This document shows, one piece after another, positions 14,057 through 24,000 of a stretch of DNA of 50,656 bases. The notes beneath the pieces are model-generated. The model did not search any database and was not told the DNA's origin. It was given only the letters and a program-made list of their open reading frames with translations. A program made the translations under genes and the position numbers. This stretch comes from Octopus bimaculoides (lineage: Eukaryota), in contig NC_069001.1 in NCBI RefSeq assembly GCF_001194135.2, positions 31,963,251 to 32,013,906 of the forward strand, read 5' to 3'. The stretch's first letter is position 1, and each line of letters starts with the position of its first letter.

Positions 14057-14455
14057 GACCCAGGAAGATGTGGGACGAAGTGGTGAGAAAGGACCTTTAG
14101 ACACTGGGCCTCATTGAGGAAATGACAAGGGACCAGATGTGGTGATTTGCTGTACTTGATAAGGCACATCAAGCTAAGAAAAATCACTGTCTTCCATACT
14201 TCTTTCAAGTGCCAGTACCACATAAAAAGCACCTGTGGTGGTGCTGCATCAACACACTCGTGCCGGTGCTGTGTAAACACACCCAGTGCACTCTATTAAG
14301 TGGTTGGCATTAGGAAGGGCATCCAGCCATAGAAACCATGCCAAAACAGACAATTGGTGTCTGAACAGCTCCCTCCTAGCCAGCATCATGTCAAACGATC
14401 CAACCCGTGCCAGCATGGAAAATGGACATTAAACAATAAGGATGGATGGATGGAT
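14057..14455 (+). mobile_element. RTE-clade LINE 3' end: C-terminal coding remnant plus 3' UTR tail
   Basis: RPRKMWDEVVRKDL*TLGLIEEMTRDQMW*FAVLDK followed by the tail ..GTGGTTGGCATTAGGAAGGGCATCCAGCC..CCAACCCGTGCCAGCATGGAAAATGGACATTAAA. Confidence 0.8.
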
Positions 14456-15110
14456 GGATCATCATCATCATTTAATACATGTATGCTAGTGAGTGGAAAC
14501 ACGAGTATGAGTGTGACTTTTTGAGTGTATGTGTACGAACGAGAAGAACAAGAGCTCCAGTGATAGAGCAACTGTTAGTTTAGAAGACTAAGAAAATATT
14601 TCTTTAAGCATTCTATAAGAATACGAAAAGGCTTCTTCTATGAGACTAGCAAAATATTTCTGAGTGCATTCACAGATTTCGTGTATATCTAGACAGGTTT
14701 CACTTTGTCAAAATAAATATTAGATTTACAAAATGTACAACGCTGCACATAACATGGTCAATAAGGGACACCTCGGTGTGGTCAGTTAACCTCATCGAAA
14801 TATCAGTCAACCTACCTTAAATCACACCCGACAGTCTGAAACAAAGACATAAGACATAATCTGGACCCACGTACTTCTAAAAAGATGGGGGCATTCTTTC
14901 GTTACTAAACAACAAGAATGAGCTAAATCAATTTGGGAGAGGAAGCAATTGATTACATTAACCCTACCCGCCACCTCAGCACTTGACCGCTACTATATTT
15001 TATCGACTCCTCCGCCCAAAAAGAAATACCGCGATACATTTTGTCCGACACTCTAACGATGTTTTCGAAAAAATAAAAAAGGAAAAAAAAATTACCTTTA
15101 TATAAGACGG

Positions 15111-15159
15111 AAGAGTTACTTCCCCCTAACTTGATCCAAGTTAGGGGGAAGTAACTCTT
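15111..15159. repeat. Perfect 23-bp inverted repeat with 3-nt loop
   Basis: AAGAGTTACTTCCCCCTAACTTG-ATC-CAAGTTAGGGGGAAGTAACTCTT. Confidence 0.95.
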
Positions 15160-15759
15160 AATTCAACCACATTAAATGATACTGCTCTCCCTTGACTATT
15201 CAGAAAATATAACTGATACACAGTTTTAATTTTAGAACATTTCTTCTGCTAATATCTTGAGTTGGTCAACAAGTCACATCAGTTTTGGCATTTTCCAAGA
15301 AACACCAGACTCAGTTACTTATAGTAACGGATTACGCTACTTTTCAGGATTACATGCTACATGTTTTTCTGTAAATTTTAATTCGAGTTACTTACAACGA
15401 TTTGCAATCTACAATCCATTACTTCTTAAAATTTATCTTTTGTTTCAGTCATTACTGTGGCCATGCTGGGGCATTGCCTTGATGAATTTTTAGTCGAATG
15501 TATCGATCCCAGTGCTTTCTTTATTATTATTTTTTTTCTAGGCCTGGTACTTATTCTATCAGTCTATTTTGTCAAACCGCTAAGTTACGGGGATATAAAC
15601 ACACCAGCACCAGTTTTTAATTGGCACACTGTTGGCACACTGAAACTTTTTGATACCACTTTTTATACCAGCAGCTGTCAGACTCTAGTAATGGTGACAC
15701 TGCCAGCCTTCTGCAGTGGCCACCACTGCAAACTACAAGCATTAAAAATGTTGACTGGA

Positions 15760-16250
15760 CAGAGAAGAGAATACAGCACATCAGACTGTTTATACTGCAT
15801 ACCTTACAATTTATGATTGCATGTTACACAACCATTTAGACATGATCATCAACAAATGGCCTTCCATACCTCCACTGTAGCTATCACCAGAATCTACAGG
15901 TGGCCAGAAAGCCAGAAGAGTACAACATATCCAGACTGTCACACTGCAACCCATCTAATTAATCACTTTACATTACACAAATTACACAAATTACGCATAT
16001 TCTTTAACATATATATATATCTTTCCATATCTCCACTGCAGGCTACAACCAGAATTTGAAAGTGTAGAGAAATAGACTGGACAGTGGAGAGTAATGTAAC
16101 ATGTCCAGACTGTCACGCCACATTCAACAAATGGCCTTCCGTGCTTCCACTGCAGCCACCAACCAGAATCTACAGATTTACAGAAATAGACTGGGCAGTA
16201 GAGAAGATATATAATATGACCAGATTGTAACACTGCATCGCATGCAATTC
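15760..16250. repeat. Degenerate tandem repeat, 115-175 bp spacing
   Basis: CAGACTGT(C/T)A-like cores at 15781, 15931, 16105 and 16220; CAACAAATGGCCTTCC at 15850 and 16125. Confidence 0.7.
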
Positions 16251-16837
16251 ACCACTGTATGTCAGAGTGTACGAGATGAGCTCTCAGCAGAGCAGTGGGC
16301 CACACCTACTCAGTTGACAGACTGCCTTCATGTCACAAAGCTGCTCAAACAAAGCTGACTTGGGACTACGCAACAAAGATATAGCTGTATTGAGGCCTGA
16401 TTGTCTCTAAGAAAACTGAAAACTGTAAAAGGTCCAGTTTCGGAGTACACATGCCTATTAATTTACGTTTTAATGAAGAACAATATTTACAACAAGATTA
16501 ATTATGTCTTCCTTTAAAAATCTTTTGTCTTGTTGTTATTATTACATGTTGTAATTGTCATCATCAGTTATCTACTTTCCCATTCTTGCATGGGACAAAT
16601 GAAATTTGTTTAGCAAGGTTGTCCATGGATGGATGCCCTTCCCATCACAAACCCCCACTTGTTCCCAAGCGAATATTTCTCTATAGCTGGATATGTTTTT
16701 CACAGGAAACTGAAAACAGACAATCTCGCTTGTATGAGTGATACTCATTTACTACCATCACTTGCTGTTTAGACAAGGTTATTCACAGATAAACCTATAT
16801 ATATTAGGATTCAGATGAATCAAGTACTTAAATGGTA

Positions 16838-16883
<46 letters not shown>

Positions 16884-18088
16884 NNNNNNNNNNNNNNNNN
16901 NNNNNNNNNNNNNNNNNNNNNNNNNNNNNNNNNNNNNNNNNNNNNNNNNNNNNNNNNNNNNNNNNNNNNNNNNNNNNNNNNNNNNNNNNNNNNNNNNNNN
17001 NNNNNNNNNNNNNNNNNNNNNNNNNNNNNNNNNNNNNNNNNNNNNNNNNNNNNNNNNNNNNNNNNNNNNNNNNNNNNNNTATTTACTTATTTATTTATTT
17101 ATTTATATATATCAAGGAATTCCTGCCTTAAAAACAGGAGCTAACCACAGTTCTTTTGTGTTCTTTGCTACATTGGTTTCTATTAACCCATTTATTCTAT
17201 CAGAAGAATTTTTATTCATTAAGATAGAAGAAATACACGTCGATAAGCCAGCTGGAGGAGCTGTCTTCCTGAGGCTAAAAGCAACAATAACATCCACCCC
17301 TAGGGGTCAGCCACATTTAAGTGGCAATATACTTCACTTTATATATATATATATATATATAATACGCGCACACAAAAATTTCTTTAAGTTTCTTTCAACC
17401 AAATCCACTCACAAGCCTTTGGTCAGCTCAGGGCTATAGAAGAAGACATTTGGTCAAGGTGCTGTGCAGCAAGGCTGAACCCAAGACTACACAGTTGGGA
17501 AGTAAGTTCCTTAACCAGACAGATATGCCTGTACCTATGCTAACCACGTGTAGTACATATATTCCTTTATCATACATATAGTTTTATAAATATAAACCCC
17601 AACCAATTCTGAACAAACTGCATGTGAATATCAAGCTGACAACCTTAACAAATATAATTGTTTATTAAAAGGGTGTTTCCAAGTGGAATAATTCCTGAAT
17701 ATGATTACTTCCCTTCCATTCAATTTTTCTTTCCAATATTTTTTCTAAGACAATATGTGCGCATATGCATGTGTACATACATAGATTATTTATACATATA
17801 TATATATACATATATACATATATATANNNNNNNNNNNNNNNNNNNNNNNNNNNNNNNNNNNNNNNNNNNNNNNNNNNNNNNNNNNNNNNNNNNNNNNNNN
17901 NNNNNNNNNNNNNNNNNNNNNNNNNNNNNNNNNNNNNNNNNNNNNNNNNNNNNNNNNNNNNNNNNNNNNNNNNNNNNNNNNNNNNNNNNNNNNNNNNNNN
18001 NNNNNNNNNNNNNNNNNNNNNNNNNNNNNNNNNNNNNNNNNNNNNNNNNNNNNNNNNNNNNNNNNNNNNNNNNNNNNNNNNNNNNNNN

Positions 18089-18575
18089 TACACATGCGTC
18101 ATACAGTCTGCCTTTTACTCTGAGTGAGAGTCCCTTTGTCGCCAGCAGAGGTAGGAGCTCTCTGAACTTTGCCCAAGCTATTCTTATTCTAGCAGCTACA
18201 CTTTCAGCGCACCCACCCCCACTACTAACTTGGTCGCCCAGATAGTGGAAGCTATCAGCTACCTCTAGTCTTTCTCCCTGGAATGAGACAGTTGTTTTCT
18301 GCATATTTTTCAGTGTTTATTGCACCTGAACATCTGCCACATACAAAAACTAACTTCCTAGTTAACCTGCCTTTGATATTGCTGCACCTCTTATGTGTCC
18401 ATAGCTTGCACTGGGATCTGCCACATACAAAAATTAATTTCCTAGTTAACCTGCCTTTGATATTGCTGCACCTCTTATGTGTCCATAGCTTGCACTGGGA
18501 TCTGCCACATACAAAAACTAATTTCCTAGTTAACCTGCCTTTGATATTGCTGCACCTCTTATGTGTCCATAGCTT
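18089..18575 (-). mobile_element. RTE-clade LINE fragment, 5' truncated, with triplicated 5' end
   Basis: Minus translation [32 protein letters not shown]..(frameshift)..GERLEVADSFHYLGDQVSSGGGCAESVAARIRIAWAKFRELLPLL..VKGRLYDACV, the region following the RT core in RTE-type elements; runs into a gap. Confidence 0.85.
18332..18575. repeat. 84-bp tandem repeat, about 2.9 near-identical copies
   Basis: Unit starts at 18332, 18416 and 18500; only two variable positions seen between units. Confidence 0.95.
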
Positions 18576-18718
18576 AATATTCTATAATTATATGCATAAC
18601 CACAATAAGGGGTCATGGTGGCAAATTCAGTAAGGCTAAGAGCATTCAGAAAGAAAGAAAAAAACAAATTCAAAATGAAAAAGCCAGAAAAAGATTTCAT
18701 AGAACATGGATTACTAAC

Positions 18719-18898
18719 CGGATGTTTTGTACAAGCTCCATACAGTTTAACGATGTTTGGATGAGAAACTCGAGACAATTGTTTCAATTCTGTAATGAAT
18801 GCTTTCTTCTCCGATTCAGTTTCAATGAGTTTCACAGCCACACTAATCCTATGATACGTAGCACGGCGTACCACACCAAAAGCTCCTTTACCAACAAT
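18719..18898 (-). CDS. MAP3K7: MAP3K7/TAK1 second coding exon (Gly-rich loop, VAVK lysine, helix C)
   Basis: Acceptor TTCCAG at 18904-18899 on - strand; 180 nt, 60 codons; donor GTTAGT at 18718; phase 0. Confidence 0.95.
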
Positions 18899-21031
18899 CT
18901 GGAAAAAATAAAGTAACGAAAGATGTTTAGTGGTGAGAGAGACCAACAGACAAAGAAAAAAAAATTCATTATCATTGTTGTTATGTTAGCGTCCACTTTG
19001 CCATGCTTGCATGAATCAGACGGAATTTATTGAGGCACATTGTCTATGGATGGATGGCCTTCCTGTCACCAACCCTCACCCGTTTTCAAGTAAGGTGAAT
19101 ATTTTCCCATTATCTGTCATGTCCTCACAGAATATTGGAAAAGAATGTCATTGCTCATTTGACAGTAATAATCATTTACAAGTACGATGTGATGTCAAGG
19201 CAAGGAGACACAAATACACACTACACATAAGCACACACATGTACACCACACACAAGCACACACATACAAATACACACACACACACACAATGGGCTTCTTT
19301 CAATTTCTGTCTTCCAAATACACTCACAAGGGTTTGGTTACTCAAACCCTTGTAGAAACCCTTGGTTAGTCAAACCCTATAGTAGAAAGCACTTGCCCAA
19401 AGCACCACACAGTGGGACCGAACTTGAAACCATGTGACCAGGAAGTAAACTTCTTAACCACATAGCCGTTCCTGCATCTATTCATATATCCATTTTTTGC
19501 TGCCCAATATTCCAGAGAATGGGGGAGGGGGTAGAGCCCTCAGGCATCTCTTCTATAGAACCCTATCAGAAGCAACTGTCACTACACTTTCCAGCTGGAT
19601 TCCAAGTGTAACCAACTCAGACTATGAGTACCAGCCATCTCATTCTTGGTCTACCCCTAGGGCCTTCTGCACAAAGGATGCACTTGCACCTAAAAAATTC
19701 AATAAATAAGGATTTCTAACATACTTCTTTACTCTTTTACTTGTTTCAGTCATTTTGACTGGAGCCAAGCTGATGGTAGGACCACTGGGAGTGAAGCACC
19801 CACTAGCTGTTGTTGAAGCATGTGTCCACAGCTACCCTGGTAGTATCACTGGGTGCAAAACCTAGGGCAGCAGTTACCAAACACGGCCCTCAAGCATTCT
19901 TCTAGTTGTTCTCAACAATCTTTCCACCATAAATGTTTAATAAATTTTTCTTTAATTGACTCAAGTTTTAATTTCCCTTCTTTTTTTTATGGTGGGGTGG
20001 GGGTAATCTGGCCCAGATATCAAATAGGTTGAGACCCACTAGCTTGGGTTCAGTAGCCTTGGAAGATATCTAGATGAGGAGAAGGACAACTGGCTTGGCT
20101 TCCTGCTTCATGCTCATGCTTGATGGGACTGGGGTCATTCCAAGTTGGTGGCCCTAAAGGCATCATCATGCGTAGAGCCAACCAGGTCCACCAGCCTCTG
20201 GAGATCTTCCCCAATTACATCCAGCCATCTGATGCAGTCTGCCATGAGTCGTCTTAATGCTAAGCATAAACCCTCGCTGCTTGTGAAGACCTGTAAAAAG
20301 GTGAAGTCTAACTAGTCTAAGACAGTCAATACCAACAGTAAATCAGGCCAGAACTGGGGTCTCACAAACTCTAGTTATCCCAGGCAGATCACAAATGATG
20401 CTATGAATGGGTTATGTCAGAGACATCTAATTTTCTGCCATGCAGAAGAGAAATATTCATAATTTGATTCATAATCAAAAATGATCCAGCTGTGACCATC
20501 CAATTTTATTCAAGTGATTTAAGACTGCATTATTAAATATGTACTTCCTTTATCAAGATTGCTGTGTTACATTTGAGGGTGCTTATTTCACTACTGTTTC
20601 TAGCAAGTCAAGCAGCAGCCACATAAGAAATAACTCACTCTTCTCACCTCAGCAACCTAACAATTTATAGAAGTTTTGTCCATTTATTGGATTTATATGA
20701 CAACAATGAGAGAATTTAAGACTGCCCTGAATCGATAGATCAGCTCTTTCTCTTTCTCTCTCAGCTGAGAAGTCCTAGTTCTGAGGGCTCATGGTACTGG
20801 TGCCACATAAAAGCACCTATGCCGGTGCCACATAAAAACGCCCATGCTGGTGTCATGTTAAAAGCACCCAGTACACTTTGCAAAGTGGTTGGCATTAGGA
20901 AGGGCATCCAGCCATCATAAACCATGCCAAAACAGACAAAATGGAGCCCAGATAGCTCTTTGGATAGCTAGCTCCTGTCAAACAGTCCAACCCATGCTAG
21001 CATGGAAAACAAACATTAAATGATGATGATG

Positions 21032-21077
<46 letters not shown>

Positions 21078-24000
21078 GTTATCTAGGTAAACAGATTAAT
21101 AAGTAGGAACATATGGAGTGTGATTAAAATAAGTCCCAGTTTTTGTACTGGAGGCACCTGTGTCTTCTGCTGTAGCCTAGAGTTGACCATGTGAATCTTG
21201 TCTGCTTGCTTTTCCTTAATGTATATATATATACCTATATATATATATATATATATNNNNNNNNNNNNNNNNNNNNNNNNNNNNNNNNNNNNNNNNNNNN
21301 NNNNNNNNNNNNNNNNNNNNNNNNNNNNNNNNNNNNNNNNNNNNNNNNNNNNNNNNNNNNNNNNNNNNNNNNNNNNNNNNNNNNNNNNNNNNNNNNNNNN
21401 NNNNNNNNNNNNNNNNNNNNNNNNNNNNNNNNNNNNNNNNNNNNNNNNNNNNNNNNNNNNNNNNNNNNNNNNNNNNNNNNNNNNNNNNNNNNNNNNNNNN
21501 NNNNNNNNNNNNNNNNNNNNNNNNNNNNNNNNNNNNNNNNNNNNNNNNNNNNNNNNNNNNNNNNNNNNNNNNNNNNNNNNNNNNNNNNNNNNNNNNNNNN
21601 NNNNNNNNNNNNNNNNNNNNNNNNNNNNNNNNNNNNNNNNNNNNNNNNNNNNNNNNNNNNNNNNNNNNNNNNNNNNNNNNNNNNNNNNNNNNNNNNNNNN
21701 NNNNNNATATATGTATGTGTATGTGTATATGTTTGTGTGTCTGTGTTTGTCCTCCCAACATCGCTTGACAACCGATGCTGGTGTGTTTACGTCACCGTAA
21801 CTTAGCCGTTCGGCAAAAGAGACCGATAGAATAAGTACTAGGCTTACAAAGAATAAGTCCTGGGGTCGATTTGCTCGACTAAAGGTAGTGCTTCAGCATG
21901 GCCACAGTCAAATAAAAGAGTAAACTGGAAAGTCAAGAGATATTATCTTGATGTGACCAGAGTATATGCAGAGTTAACAAACAACAATAATAAAGTATCT
22001 TTAAGACAACACATAGTATCTCAAATACCACAAGTGAGAAATAAGACCAAGTTCACCACAAAACTATAACAGGATTAACCCTCACAGATCTAGGCCCCTG
22101 CGTCTAACTTTACACTCCACCTATGCTCTTGAGCAAAAAAATAAATAGTTGCACACATACAGCTCAAAAGTAACAATTGCAGGCAAGCTCATGGGCAGAA
22201 TCACTGCAAACTAATGTAAGTGCAATGCACTGCAGGCAAACTAATGGACAGAATCACAAAAAAATTGAGGGAAATAAACAATAAAGGGACAATCTCTCAA
22301 CTACTGTATTTGTTCACCCAAATTGCTACTTTCCACATCACTTTCACCAGATTTGAATGTCCAAATCACTTTCATTGTCTACGTGTAAGGGTAAACTCTT
22401 TGTCTGAAGAATGAATTAACCATCAATAATTTTCTCGACTGTAAGAAGTCTAGGCTTTGCTTGTTTACCAGAGACAAAGTACTGGGTTCGTCACACACAC
22501 ATTCCACTGCAAAAGAATCCATTTTCTTCAATTAAAAATAAAAGTAAAGAACAGCTATGGTAGGGGTGCCATTAACAATGAGTCAGGAACACACTTGACT
22601 ACAAAGCGACAACACGATTCAGTCGTCTATTTTTAGTATTTCACCTTCTTTATCTAATTCCATTACTGTTCCAAGTGGAATCCAGTAGAGATTACATTCA
22701 GGCTATTTCTACTACAGCAGGAGCATGGTGCAATAGGGTTAAACGTAAGATAGGAAAACTGCTCCTGCACACACACACATATCTATTAATGACCACAAGG
22801 TACCGGGTTCAGTTCCACACCACTACACCTTGGGCAAGTGCCTTCTATTACAGTTCAAGGTCAGTCAATGCTTTGTGAGTGAATCTGGCAGGTGGAAACT
22901 GTGTGGAAGCCTAGCATGCATGCATGCATGTGTGTTTGCTCCACCACCACCATTTGACAACTGATGTTGGTTTGTTTATGTCCCTATATGCTAGCAGTTC
23001 AACCAAAGAGACTAACAAAATAGGTATCAGGCTTAAAATAAAAAAATAAATAAATAAATAAATAAAGGAGTTGATTTGTCTGACTAAAAGCCTTCCGGGT
23101 AATGCCCCACAATAACTGCATTCCAGTGACTGAAACAAGTAAATAAAAACAAAACCACATTGTACTTACTCCCACTCTAGTTTTCACACCTACTCCTCCC
23201 TTCCTCCTGTTCTCCAATTGTTTTTCTAACACTGACTTATTTAAACTTATTTATAAGTTGATAAGCCTTAGTGGTGCTTTGTTTCCCCTCCACTTCTTCC
23301 CCAACCATTCAAGGATGTGGAAAGGCAGATCAAAATAACATAAAGCAAGATAACAATCAAACATAAATTTAGAAACAGGAACGTATTACATCCGGTGCTG
23401 TGGATCCAGAAGCTTATGTCACTGACAGAAACGGAAATGGCGGTGGTGGTGGTGGTGTGAGGGAGAGGCCGCTATCAGTGACCAACTCAAATGCTGTTTG
23501 GTTTGCATTTAACTCGCAAGCATAGCTGTGTGGTTAAGAAGATCACTTCCCAACCACATGGTTCTGGGTTCAGTCCCACGGCGCAGCACCTTGGGCAAGT
23601 GTCTTCTACTTGGTTGCTAAACAAACTTTCTAATCACACAGCCATACCTGTACACATATATCTCAATAGATAAATGATAGAAAATGAAATGAAGGATGCT
23701 CTTTATTTAAAATCACTACAATTGTTTCAACACCTTTCTACACCTGTTGTACATTGGTGAGATGTTGTGTGATCATTTTCATCCCTCCACATGAAGTCTA
23801 CAGATACTATGGAATTCTTGATGTATGTCCAGTAGCAGGACCAGTTTCAACTATATGATGACATCAGGTGGCCAATAACTGCAGATGAGCTTTGCATAGC
23901 ATTCTACAGGGTGTTTACCCGAATCATATTTAACTATATATATAGGTGCAGACATGGCTGTGTGGTAAAAAGCTTGAGTTCAATAAAGGCAACAATGCAA

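Noticed and set aside
18332-18575. Possible CRISPR-like array
   Set aside because: Contiguous 84-bp units with no unique spacers, eukaryotic context, no cas genes.
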